64,000 bases of DNA from a virus, in the IMG/VR virus record IMGVR_UViG_3300046457_000175, positions 32,001-96,000 of that record. The stretch is one strand, 5' to 3'. A program made the position numbers and the translations under genes. Below, one piece after another: positions 39,649 through 48,395 of this stretch. Below the pieces are notes generated by a model that was not told the origin of the DNA, searched no databases, and was given only the letters and a program-made list of their open reading frames with translations. The first letter of the stretch is position 1. Each line of letters opens with the position of its first letter.

Positions 39649-39845
39649 TGGACATCTCCGCATCCGTTGCAGACGTAGACGCTCTGTTCGGCGCTCCAGT
39701 CCCATTCCGACTCAATGCCGGCCTCGGTGCATTGGCAGCCAATATCCTCAGCCTCGCACACCGGCTCGGCCTCGTCGTCAGGTGGGTTCAGGAGGTTCTG
39801 CCTACGTTGTTGCAGCTTGGCCAGCTCCTTGTCGGTCGGGCTCAT
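39645..39845 (-). CDS. Zn-binding microprotein
   Basis: CQC...CNGC. Confidence 0.6.
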   Translation of the reverse strand: MSPTDKELAKLQQRRQNLLNPPDDEAEPVCEAEDIGCQCTEAGIESEWDWSAEQSVYVCNGCGDVQ

Positions 39846-40210
39846 AGCTCGTAGCTCCTCTGTCCGGCGACATCGCGGGCGACAGCAACGTGCAACTCGC
39901 TGATCTCCGGCGCGCTGTATGTTCGGTTCATCCAGGCCACGGACTGGTCGTAGCTTTTGGACTCGAAGACATCCTTCTCGCCCTCGAAGCCCGCATTTTG
40001 CACCACGACGAACATCGGGACGCGAGACCGAGCGTCCGCGAATTTCAGCAACGCCTGGTCGAGATTGTCTCGCAGGTTGCGGGCCTGGAGGGGGGTGAGC
40101 ATGGAGTACCTGCCGCCACCCCGCGGACCGATGAGTGCAAGCGCGACCCGTTCCTCGTCGGTGTAGTCAAGGGCTTGCGATGAGACGAAACCGGAAACAT
40201 ATTCCCTCAT
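39842..40210 (-). CDS. hypothetical protein
   Basis: ATGA coupling. Confidence 0.65.
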   Translation of the reverse strand: MREYVSGFVSSQALDYTDEERVALALIGPRGGGRYSMLTPLQARNLRDNLDQALLKFADARSRVPMFVVVQNAGFEGEKDVFESKSYDQSVAWMNRTYSAPEISELHVAVARDVAGQRSYEL

Positions 40211-40464
40211 GACCCGATCACCTTGTGCTCGCTCACTTCGACGCGAGGCATGGAGTTAAAGAGGTCTGCGTATTCGACGACAGCCTCTTCAAGCCGTCGC
40301 TCCCAGTTGTCAGGCGCAATGCCTTCGCATCCGCCCGCGACATCATTCACGATGATGCCCACCAAGTCGGATGCTTCGAGGTCGGCGAGCGTCTTGGAAG
40401 CGCACACCTTGACGATGATGCCGGGCACCGCGTGGTGCTCACCCTCAACTATCCAGACTTTCAT
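40207..40464 (-). CDS. hypothetical protein
   Basis: GAGGAGG RBS. Confidence 0.65.
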   Translation of the reverse strand: MKVWIVEGEHHAVPGIIVKVCASKTLADLEASDLVGIIVNDVAGGCEGIAPDNWERRLEEAVVEYADLFNSMPRVEVSEHKVIGS

Positions 40465-40714
40465 CGCCGTCCTCCTCTTCTTCGTCGTCAGCCGGCTTGA
40501 GCTGATCGAACGTCCACTCGGCGCCGTTCTCGTCGAGGAAGATCATCTTGCCTTCCAGCGTCTCGGTGACCTGGTCGTCGTAGAAGATCTCGGTGCTTCC
40601 CTGGTAGACGGGCTCGCCGTTGTCCTCGATGCCCGTGATCTCGGCGCGGCCGGTCAGCAGCTCCTTGGTGCCGAGGATCGGCGAGCCGGTGGGGGAAACG
40701 TATTCCTTGCTCAT
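40445..40714 (-). CDS. acidic hypothetical protein
   Basis: 89 aa, D/E-rich. Confidence 0.65.
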   Translation of the reverse strand: MSKEYVSPTGSPILGTKELLTGRAEITGIEDNGEPVYQGSTEIFYDDQVTETLEGKMIFLDENGAEWTFDQLKPADDEEEEDGDESLDS

Positions 40715-40983
40715 TGGATCACCATCATTGTTGTCGAAAGGCTTTCGTTGTGGGCGCCGAGAACTTCCGCCCAGTCCTCGATTACGCCAACCAGTGCATC
40801 GACCAGAGGCGTGGGGACGTAGACCGTGGCGGGGTAGGTCTCGACTGCCTCCATGGTCTCCAGGAGGAAGTCGATGGCTTCGAAGCGGACTTCGAGCGTA
40901 ACGTCGTCGGGATGGTCGTGAAGCCACGCCGCCAGATCGCTCAGCTCTTCCTCGCTGGCGGCAACGAGACGACCCGACCTCAT
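40711..40983 (-). CDS. acidic hypothetical protein
   Basis: coupled ORF. Confidence 0.6.
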   Translation of the reverse strand: MRSGRLVAASEEELSDLAAWLHDHPDDVTLEVRFEAIDFLLETMEAVETYPATVYVPTPLVDALVGVIEDWAEVLGAHNESLSTTMMVIQ

Positions 40984-41588
40984 TTGGTAGGTCCGAAGTC
41001 GAGTAGCTCAAGTTCCTCGCCAAGCGCCTTGACGAACTCGGCCGGCTTTTCCTTCGCCTCGAAGGCCCGCTGCACCGCTTCCTGGTGGTCGCTGATCAGA
41101 TCAGCGTAGCACCACTGCTCCTCGGCTTCGTCGCGGCAGTCCTGGATGAAGCTGTCGCGCTCCCTCGTGGAGGGCGGACACTTGCTGACGAACGCTTTGC
41201 ACCGATCTCGAGACGTTCGGTACAGAGCGCGGAGCTTGTCGGAGCCCTCGACCACCGGCTTGATGTCTTCGTCGGTGAAGTTGAGGCAATAGAGCATGAA
41301 CTGCGGAACGAACTCGAAGTCCCAGCAGACCTCGCCGTCCTTCTCGTCCTCGGTCATGCCGCTCCAGACGTCCTCGATGATCGGCGCCATCTGCCACGCC
41401 GCACTGCGCATTCCGCGAGCGCCGTAGTCCTCGCCGTATTTGGTCATCTGCCGCTCGGCATCCTTGAAGGGATGATCGTCGGGCAGCGTGGTGCCGATGA
41501 TGAGCCGGGTGTCTTCTAGAACCGCGTAGGCAGCCAGCGCGGTCTCGATGATGAGGTAGTTGGTGGTGATGATCTCGGGCGTCTTCAT
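40980..41588 (-). CDS. hypothetical protein
   Basis: 202 aa, AAGGAAA RBS. Confidence 0.7.
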   Translation of the reverse strand: MKTPEIITTNYLIIETALAAYAVLEDTRLIIGTTLPDDHPFKDAERQMTKYGEDYGARGMRSAAWQMAPIIEDVWSGMTEDEKDGEVCWDFEFVPQFMLYCLNFTDEDIKPVVEGSDKLRALYRTSRDRCKAFVSKCPPSTRERDSFIQDCRDEAEEQWCYADLISDHQEAVQRAFEAKEKPAEFVKALGEELELLDFGPTK

Positions 41589-41591
41589 AAG

Positions 41592-41807
41592 TCAGTTTCC
41601 TTGCGCATTCCGGACGATCTCACGCAGCTCGAAGAAGATTTCGTTGCGAGCTGGGTCGTCCGGGCCGACGTTCTCGATGAACCACCAGGAGAGGTCTAGC
41701 GCTCGCTTTGTTGCGAACGGGTCCGGCGTGATGGACGGCGAGCGGTGCGTCTCGTCGAAGAAAGCCGCGGCTTGGCGGAACTGGGCGTGTGTCTTCTTGA
41801 GCGCCAT
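41592..41807 (-). CDS. hypothetical protein
   Basis: TGATG coupling. Confidence 0.65.
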   Translation of the reverse strand: MALKKTHAQFRQAAAFFDETHRSPSITPDPFATKRALDLSWWFIENVGPDDPARNEIFFELREIVRNAQGN

Positions 41808-42028
41808 CAGCCCATCCTCGCGTTCAGCTTGTCTTGGATCTCCTTGGCGACGCCAACCCAGGCCTGGCCGCTGATCAGCCCGGTGTCGACCTCATTCGGA
41901 GCGGCCTTTGAGACCTTCTCCGACCACTTGTCGAGTGCATCGAGCACGAACAGCTGGGCGAGGGCGCCGTACTGGCTGTGGTTCATCAGGTCGCGGACGA
42001 ACGCGATGTTGTCCTGTCGCTTAGGCAT
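41807..42028 (-). CDS. hypothetical protein
   Basis: GAGGA RBS. Confidence 0.65.
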   Translation of the reverse strand: MPKRQDNIAFVRDLMNHSQYGALAQLFVLDALDKWSEKVSKAAPNEVDTGLISGQAWVGVAKEIQDKLNARMG

Positions 42029-42302
42029 TGACGGTATCCTCAGTGCAGCGGATCGGCATGGCGAATTGCTTGTCCGCACGGGTGAATGCTCGGGCGCAGT
42101 CCCTGCAGTAGTAGAGACGCGCGTCGGTGAAGAACTCGTGGTCCCGCATGTAGAACTGCCTCTGGCCTTCGAGGGGACGCAGGCAGCCGGACCGGTTGCA
42201 GTGACCATCCTTCAGACCCTTGTCCTCGGGATAGCCGTCCTTGTTGTTGCGCATCCGCTTCTGCTGCTCGAACCAGCTCATCTCGGCGAACTTCGTGGTC
42301 AT
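42021..42302 (-). CDS. Zn-binding hypothetical protein
   Basis: CNRSGC...CRDC. Confidence 0.65.
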   Translation of the reverse strand: MTTKFAEMSWFEQQKRMRNNKDGYPEDKGLKDGHCNRSGCLRPLEGQRQFYMRDHEFFTDARLYYCRDCARAFTRADKQFAMPIRCTEDTVNA

Positions 42303-42464
42303 GGTTCGCAGGGCTCCCCATTGCTATCGATCCAACCCAGGTCCAGGCAGACCGGGCATTCGTCGACTGTGTGGTGCTGAGTGCAGCGCCGACAGCCGGC
42401 CTCACGCATCAGGGATGCGGTGATCTCGTCGCTCAGCGCTGCATTGAAGGCGTCGTCCGCGGCA

Positions 42465-42716
42465 TCACCCATTGGGGATGTCCTCCAGAACGTCGTCGCT
42501 CACCCAGATGTAGTGGTAGGTGCTGTCGTGAAGAAACAGCGCCTGCGTGCTGGTCAACAGCTCCACGCTGTGCCGATGCACCGTGTAGCGGGGACCGTAT
42601 CCTGTGGTGCGCTTCTCCACGCGGGTGCCGGCCTTAACTGCCAGGCGATGAATGTCCTGGAAGTTGATGATGATGTCGCGGCTGAGCCGCTTCCACTGCG
42701 GTGGGACCTTGCTCAT
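42465..42716 (-). CDS. hypothetical protein
   Basis: ATGA coupling. Confidence 0.55.
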   Translation of the reverse strand: MSKVPPQWKRLSRDIIINFQDIHRLAVKAGTRVEKRTTGYGPRYTVHRHSVELLTSTQALFLHDSTYHYIWVSDDVLEDIPNG

Positions 42717-42916
42717 TTGGCGTCCGAGCAGATCATGTGGGCGGCCTTTTCGAGCGTCTTGGCGTCGGCATCCCATGCCTTGGCGGTGATGCCGTCCTGC
42801 CAGCTGTGCCGGATGTGCTCGGCCTTCTCGGAGCAGATCAGCGACAGGCCGGTGACGAGATGCGTCAGGCCGTGCCGGTCGATCATGCCTTCGAGGATCT
42901 CGGTGACGTTTTCCAT
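42713..42916 (-). CDS. hypothetical protein
   Basis: GCAGGA RBS. Confidence 0.6.
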   Translation of the reverse strand: MENVTEILEGMIDRHGLTHLVTGLSLICSEKAEHIRHSWQDGITAKAWDADAKTLEKAAHMICSDAK

Positions 42917-42918
42917 GA

Positions 42919-43095
42919 TCAGTCCTGCGGAAAAAGGAGGGCGATTGCTTCGAGTTGTGAGCAGAGGGTGTGGTGGCCGACCGTTTGGCCGAACTGCCAC
43001 CACACCCACTGGAAGGTGAAGGGGAGATGCGGGCATGCATCGTCACCCTCCAGGCCAGCTGCATAACCAGCGTCGTAGAACTCGAACGGGTTCAT
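42919..43095 (-). CDS. Rmf/CrpP-like microprotein
   Basis: YDAGYAAGLEG...CPH...WWQFG resembles Rmf GY.AG..G...CPY...W.GW; GAGGG RBS. Confidence 0.5.
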   Translation of the reverse strand: MNPFEFYDAGYAAGLEGDDACPHLPFTFQWVWWQFGQTVGHHTLCSQLEAIALLFPQD

Positions 43096-43307
43096 CCCTC
43101 ACGCCTTGCTGTTGAAGTAGATGAGGGTCTCAACCTTGTTGCAGGCCTCGACCTGACGATTGTGCTCGTCGATGTCATCGTGCTCGCTGATGACGTTCTG
43201 CCGTCCGAGATCGAGGACGATCCTCAGGGCTTCGAGCGTTTCGCTGTCCATTTGCATTTGCCTTCAAGCAAGGCCCAAGGCACACCTCGGGCATGGGGTT
43301 GATCGGT

Positions 43308-43565
43308 TCAGTTGTTCAGGCCGGCGTACTTGCTCTGGTCGTCCCAGGACTCATCCCACACGGCCCGCAGCTGGTTGCCGTTCTCCAACACCGTGACGCG
43401 CTGCACTCGTCCGCCGCTGTAGCTGATGCCGTTGCGGTAGAAGTCCTGCGCGTCCACGAAGGATCGGAAGTCGTGGATGCCCCATGATCCGTTGGCGAAG
43501 AGGATGGCCACATTGTAGCGGTTCGTCACTATCGTCTCCTGAAACATCCCCCACCGTGTCCGCAT
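43308..43565 (-). CDS. hypothetical protein
   Basis: 85-aa ORF; true start may be the second Met. Confidence 0.6.
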   Translation of the reverse strand: MRTRWGMFQETIVTNRYNVAILFANGSWGIHDFRSFVDAQDFYRNGISYSGGRVQRVTVLENGNQLRAVWDESWDDQSKYAGLNN

Positions 43566-43736
43566 GTGCGGCGTGCCGTATCACGCAAGGCAGGCGCTAC
43601 ACGGCGGGGGACGAAAAGCTCCAGCGGATTTGTTGGCACGCCGCTGGTCGTGCAGTGCGTCCGGTCGCTCGCGGCTTCACCGGTCCAAAAAGAAAAGTCC
43701 TCGGTCGTTGATCACAGGGGTTAAAGCCGTCTCGGG

Positions 43737-43880
43737 TTACTTCATTGGGGCATCTCCATCGTTGAAGCTCGGGACCTTCGCCTTGTGCTTCTTGTTCGGC
43801 ACAATGCGAGGCTTGTACTTCGGCGTCCGCAGATCACGGGCGATCGGCGAGCGCCTGCTCAGCTTCTTTCGCTTCTTCAT
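43737..43880 (-). CDS. 47-aa basic peptide with ArfA-like N-terminal motif
   Basis: SPIARDLRTPKYKPRIVPNKK; AAGGAG RBS. Confidence 0.55.
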   Translation of the reverse strand: MKKRKKLSRRSPIARDLRTPKYKPRIVPNKKHKAKVPSFNDGDAPMK

Positions 43881-44118
43881 GTCTGAGACTCCTTGAAATG
43901 AGTTGGCCGGATAGCGCCGGCCTCGCCACTGCGTTCGGGTCGCAGCAACCAAATATGATTCCCGATTTCTCCCGGGACGCAAACGCACCAGTCCTGTCAT
44001 GGGTGGCTATCCTGGCCAGGCGCGGACCATGGGCGCCTATAGCTAAGCCGTTTGATGAGTGGCCCTGCGGATTTTCCCTGCCTTCAGGTGCAGACCGCTT
44101 TACTGCACCACCGGGACC

Positions 44119-44391
44119 TCAAAGCGTCGTGTATTTGCTGTCGAGCAGCTTCCGCCGGATATCCTGGGCGACCCGCTGATTGAAGGCTTCGATGACCGTG
44201 CTGCGCCCGACATTCTCCCGGCCGACGACGATGGCGAAGTCCGCCATCTTCACCGCCGCGAAGGAGTCGGAGGCATCCTGAGAGCGGCCATCCTCCACCC
44301 AGCGATTGGTCCGATAGTAGAGATCGGACTCGCACCACTGGCGGTCGCTGACCCGGACCCGGGCCAGCATCTCTTCGTGCTCTCGGCTCAT
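44119..44391 (-). CDS. hypothetical protein
   Basis: GGAGG RBS, coupled. Confidence 0.55.
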   Translation of the reverse strand: MSREHEEMLARVRVSDRQWCESDLYYRTNRWVEDGRSQDASDSFAAVKMADFAIVVGRENVGRSTVIEAFNQRVAQDIRRKLLDSKYTTL

Positions 44392-44570
44392 CCCAAGTGC
44401 CTCCAGTGCGTCGGCGTGTAGTAGACGTAGGTGGACTCGTCTTCGTGCCACCAGAGCCGACCCTTGCGGATCAGCACCTGAGTATTGCGGACGCCGTTCT
44501 CGTCATCGATCTTGGTCATGACGGGCACATTGGGAGGCGCTGACTCGATCGTGAACCACGGAGGCATCAC
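44388..44570 (-). CDS. hypothetical protein
   Basis: YYTPTHWR C-terminus, coupled. Confidence 0.6.
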   Translation of the reverse strand: MMPPWFTIESAPPNVPVMTKIDDENGVRNTQVLIRKGRLWWHEDESTYVYYTPTHWRHLG

Positions 44571-44764
44571 AGCCGCCAGTGGTTGATGCGAGCACGCTCC
44601 GCCTCGCGGTTGTCGTTGCTGGCCGACGTCTCGACGTAGTCCTCCTTGTCGATCAGGCCAATGAAGTCCGGATCGATATCGACCTTCAGGCCGCCCATGG
44701 GGAGCGAGCAGGGCAGTCTGGCGGCGCAGCGGTAGGCCTCGTCTGTCTTTGCGGTGAGGATCAT
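44567..44764 (-). CDS. hypothetical protein
   Basis: coupled ORF. Confidence 0.55.
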   Translation of the reverse strand: MILTAKTDEAYRCAARLPCSLPMGGLKVDIDPDFIGLIDKEDYVETSASNDNREAERARINHWRL

Positions 44765-45012
44765 GTAATCAGACCTTGTTCCTTGGCGAGATTGTAGAGA
44801 CGGGCGAACTCCTGGACCTTGTCGAAGTCATCGAGTTCAGCCTGCGCCTCGTTGGCGATGAGGATGTCGTCGTCGCGCTTGGCCTGCTCCCAACCTTCGG
44901 TCCAGGCCCGGCGATCGTATGAGTCCGGAGCATACGGATTGATGAGTTCGGGATCGCCGCCACGGAAGAACGCTTCACGACCTCGTCGACGGATGCGGGA
45001 TGGCGAGGTCAT
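44761..45012 (-). CDS. Rmf/CrpP-like protein
   Basis: GREAFFRG...NPY...AWTEGWEQA. Confidence 0.55.
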   Translation of the reverse strand: MTSPSRIRRRGREAFFRGGDPELINPYAPDSYDRRAWTEGWEQAKRDDDILIANEAQAELDDFDKVQEFARLYNLAKEQGLIT

Positions 45013-45275
45013 GCGGCTTCCTTCGCTTCGACGAGTGTCAGCTGGTCCTCGGTGCGGAGCCACTTCACGCGGTCACCATCGCGGACAATGTATTCGCCCT
45101 TGCTGGTGCCGACGATCTGCCCGACGAAGGAGCCCTTCTCCTTGTAACGGGCAGACCGCACCCACTGCTTGACCTTGAACTTCATCGGCGCCGCCTCTTG
45201 AGTTCGCTCCATGCGATGCCGGTCAGGACCGCGAGCATATTGATGATCAGCACGATCACGATGATCTGGGCGACG

Positions 45276-45548
45276 CTAGGCACGACCCACCTCGCACCAG
45301 TGCAGATCGAGCGCGCGAACCATGTGCGCCGACGTGAAGGCGACGAAGGTGTCGAACAGCATGCAACGGGCGGCAGTTGCCCGGTTGACCACGTAGTGCC
45401 GGCCACCGTCGTCCTTGAACTCGAACGCATCCATGCCGCTCTCGCAGAACGTCCGCGTCATCTTCGCAGCCCGGTGCTGGCTTTCGATGATGGTCGGGTC
45501 GGTCTGGAACGGGTCTGCGGGATGGAATGGAAGAGATGTCAGCATCAA
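45276..45548 (-). CDS. hypothetical protein
   Basis: GGGAGG RBS. Confidence 0.55.
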   Translation of the reverse strand: MMLTSLPFHPADPFQTDPTIIESQHRAAKMTRTFCESGMDAFEFKDDGGRHYVVNRATAARCMLFDTFVAFTSAHMVRALDLHWCEVGRA

Positions 45549-45750
45549 CGCCTCCCGACGTGCAGGGTGGTGGTTTCAGGGGTGAGGATGGCGCGAATGC
45601 CATTCACCAGCTCGATGTCGTCCGCGCCGTTCTCGATCAACTTCTCGGCGTGGGCGTAGACCCTCGTGATCGAGGTCATGGGGATCAGGATGCCGGTCAC
45701 CGCCCGCTGGATGCGGGTAGCGTCGATGTCCTTCTGCTTCTTGGTGCGCT

Positions 45751-46251
45751 TCACGACACGCCGCCTTCCACCGACTGCCAGCCGGACGGCACATGACGTG
45801 CCTTGACCTGCTCGACAGCCCACGGGTTGAGTTCGAGAGAAGTGGCGATGCGAGACAGCATGTCCGCCACGGCACCGTAGTTCCAGCCTTGGTGGTCCAT
45901 GGTCCAGTTGTGGGTGCCGTCGTGGATCGCTTGCAGCGACTTGAGCAAAGCCAGGTGCTGGCCGAACCAAGCCGGCAGCTTGTCGCTGAAGTAGACGAGC
46001 AGGTTTTGGATGCCGGAGCCGCCGCCCTTGTAATGGTGGAGCAGGCTCAGCTGATCCATCGCGGGATCGTAGCTATCGTCCGGGATGAAGTGCCCGGCGA
46101 TGCACTCGCGGCCGGTCTGCTTCTGGCGATACTGACAGGCGTCGCCATAGGACTTCTTCTGGGCGGAGGGGCCTTCGGTGGTGGCGAAGTAGACGCAGGC
46201 GACGTCGAAGATTTCCTGCTTGGTCGGAGTGTGGTCGAAAACGTGTGGCAT
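45751..46251 (-). CDS. hypothetical protein
   Basis: CQYR...CIAG...LQAIHD; GGAAGG RBS. Confidence 0.65.
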   Translation of the reverse strand: MPHVFDHTPTKQEIFDVACVYFATTEGPSAQKKSYGDACQYRQKQTGRECIAGHFIPDDSYDPAMDQLSLLHHYKGGGSGIQNLLVYFSDKLPAWFGQHLALLKSLQAIHDGTHNWTMDHQGWNYGAVADMLSRIATSLELNPWAVEQVKARHVPSGWQSVEGGVS

Positions 46252-46399
46252 TAGGATTTGGCCTTCCATTCGTGCTTCGGGCAGTACTGCCAGCACTTCG
46301 GTTCGAGCGTGTCCTCGGCGCGGATGGCTTCCGCCTTCTCGTCGGAGACGCGGATCACCTCGTCGGTGAGGAGATGTTTCAGGCACTTCATGGGGTCAC

Positions 46400-46597
46400 C
46401 TACTCGGTTGCGGCGAAACGGAGCAGGAGCCCCGCGAACTGGGCGCACTCGTCCCTGCTGAGGGCGAATTGGATGTCGTTCTCGGGACGCTGGACCTTGA
46501 TGCTCAGCGTGTAGGGGTTGGGGATGGCGACGATCCGAACGAAGCCGGTGCTAAATGCTTCCGGCTCGGTCAGTGGCTTCGGCGGCTGCAGGCCCAT
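46400..46597 (-). CDS. hypothetical protein
   Basis: GGAGG RBS. Confidence 0.55.
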   Translation of the reverse strand: MGLQPPKPLTEPEAFSTGFVRIVAIPNPYTLSIKVQRPENDIQFALSRDECAQFAGLLLRFAATE

Positions 46598-46925
46598 GGC
46601 TCACCTCCACATTGCGAAGACGGCGCGGTAGTTGCCGCCGTCCGCGACTTGGTTGAGGGAGAAGGCTGCTTCCCGGGCGATCCGCAGCGAGCGCATGCGG
46701 ACCTTGTTGACCGTCCCGTCACGCAGGACGATGAACAGGGTGGGGATCGGGCGAGGGACTCGTCTCACGACTGCACCTCGCGGACCGGCCGGACCAGGAA
46801 CAGGACGCGGCACATCATGCGGTAGAAGCGACGCTGGGCGTGCTGGTCGGTGCAGGCGCGCCAACGGCGAGCGAGGCGCTGATGCAGTTCGGAGATCTGC
46901 TCGGCGGACAGGAAGGACAGCGTCC

Positions 46926-47108
46926 TCATTGCCGCACCTCGGCGCTCTTGTCGGCCATGTCGTGGGCGACCAGCAGCAGGTCCGCGATCAGGTCGTGCAG
47001 CTCGGCGCGGGTCATGCTCGGTGCCGGCTTGAACGTGATGCCGACCGTCGACTTCCCGTGGTCCGGTCTGTGGTAGATCGTGTGGTCGAAGAACTTGGAG
47101 ACCGTCAT
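46926..47108 (-). CDS. hypothetical protein
   Basis: GGAG RBS after the box at 47136. Confidence 0.55.
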   Translation of the reverse strand: MTVSKFFDHTIYHRPDHGKSTVGITFKPAPSMTRAELHDLIADLLLVAHDMADKSAEVRQ

Positions 47109-47200
47109 GGTCGACTCCGTTTGCGTTTGCGCTGTTTGCATTCAAGCAAGGACAAAGGCAAGCGCAAATTGCCATGTCCGTAGAACTGCGGATGATGAGA

Positions 47201-47296
47201 TGGCTGCACGAGTGGGCCTCGAACCCACCCCTTTAGTGAAATAATTTCACGTCCACCGGGTCTGCCGGTGCGCTCTACCAGCTGAGCTACCGTGCA
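47201..47296 (-). tRNA. atypical class-II-like tRNA (nominal anticodon AGA, Ser-like) or tRNA mimic
   Basis: acceptor TGCACGG/TCGTGCA + G + CCA; D arm GCTC-AGCTGGTA-GAGC; stem CACCG/CGGTG with loop GCAGACC; 25-nt variable region; T arm GTGGG-TTCGAGG-CCCAC. Confidence 0.75.
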
Positions 47297-47324
47297 GCCA
47301 TCACGCCATCCAAGGGGGCAACCC

Positions 47325-47353
47325 CTTGATTTCCATTTGCATTTGTGCTATAG
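47325..47353 (+). promoter_or_regulatory. rhizobial-type sigma70 promoter
   Basis: CTTGAT-17bp-CTATAG matches the rhizobial consensus CTTGAC-N17-CTATAT. Confidence 0.6.
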
Positions 47354-47361
47354 AAAAGCCA

Positions 47362-47481
47362 ATGGATATCCCGTCTCCGGCCCAGATCGCGGGCCTTCTT
47401 GCCGCCCTCAGCGCCGCCATTTTCGCAGCGCATCTGGTACAGGCATACCGCGACATCAGGGTCGGGGAAATTCCAGAATAA
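47362..47481 (+). CDS. 39-aa single-TM peptide, probably leaderless
   Basis: MDIPSPAQIAGLLAALSAAIFAAHLVQAYRDIRVGEIPE; ATG 8 nt after the -10 box. Confidence 0.5.
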   Translation: MDIPSPAQIAGLLAALSAAIFAAHLVQAYRDIRVGEIPE

Positions 47482-47746
47482 TTCCCGGAATATTGGCCGC
47501 CGGGGGATTTATCGGTCCCGGTTTTCGAATTTCGAAGGCCGCCTCCAGCTCGACGATCGTGGCTTCGATCACGTCGACCGAGACACGGGGGGAGAAGAGG
47601 ACCGAGAACGACTCGGCCAGGATCGCCGCCTGCTTCACGGTCAGGCCGGTACGCCCCTGATGGGCGGCATAGAGGACCCTTAGCCGGTCCCGAGCGTTCC
47701 CGGGCCGCATGGCCAGAGTGACGCCAAACCCTACAAATCCAGACAT
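47456..47746 (-). CDS. hypothetical protein
   Basis: GGAGGAG RBS. Confidence 0.5.
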   Translation of the reverse strand: MSGFVGFGVTLAMRPGNARDRLRVLYAAHQGRTGLTVKQAAILAESFSVLFSPRVSVDVIEATIVELEAAFEIRKPGPINPPAANIPGIILEFPRP

Positions 47747-48144
47747 CAGACGCGCTCCTCCATTCGTGGGCCGCCGGTTAGGCACACCCTCAAGATTGAA
47801 CTACGCTAGGGGGTACAGAGAGAGGGGGAGAGAGGACGAGCCAGTGCTTGAGCCTGATCTCGTATCCTCTCCAGACGATCGCCTGAGGCACACAGAGGGC
47901 GCCTACAGCCGGTCAAAACCACCAGATCGAGGCCAGAACCATGAAAGTTCGTCGTTTCGACCTTTCGCTTCCCATAAAAGCAAATTTCCAATTTCGGACT
48001 GAAATCGACCAAACGGGCCTCTCAGAACACCATATGTAGTGCCCAAGAGGCCCAAAATGACCCCAAAAGGGGGGTCTAGACACCTGAAATGAGGTGGGAC
48101 CTACTAGATATTGATTTTGTCCTTGGTCCGAGGACGACGGACAC

Positions 48145-48294
48145 CTATCTGGTGAGGGCTTCGAGCCGGGAGATTTGCATCTCCAGACCGGATGCCGAGG
48201 CTTTGCCGGCGAGATGCCAGCCAGCCCATGCAAACGCACAAAGAAAAACAAACGCGACGGGGAGGGGGATGATGATGCTCGACAGTCTTCTCAT
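48145..48294 (-). CDS. single-TM microprotein
   Basis: CAGGAG RBS; hydrophobic IIIPLPVAFVFLCAFAW. Confidence 0.55.
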   Translation of the reverse strand: MRRLSSIIIPLPVAFVFLCAFAWAGWHLAGKASASGLEMQISRLEALTR

Positions 48295-48395
48295 GACGTA
48301 CTCCTGTTTACTGTTTGGTCCCTGGGGTTGATCGCCATCCGGACGCTCAGGCGGGGGTCCGGCTCCCCATGCCCCGGGTTGATCCCGGGTTGCAT

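Noticed and set aside
43960-44040. c-di-GMP-I riboswitch-like GACGCAAA on the + strand
   Set aside because: Lacks the GGCAAAC and GAAA tetraloop/receptor elements and lies antisense to the operon
47201-47296. tRNA-like gene as attP evidence for integration
   Set aside because: No integrase in the window and the sequence is not host-tRNA-like; cannot be supported here
47760-48140. Purine-rich non-coding stretch as a repeat or ncRNA
   Set aside because: No repeat unit or convincing stem set could be defined by eye
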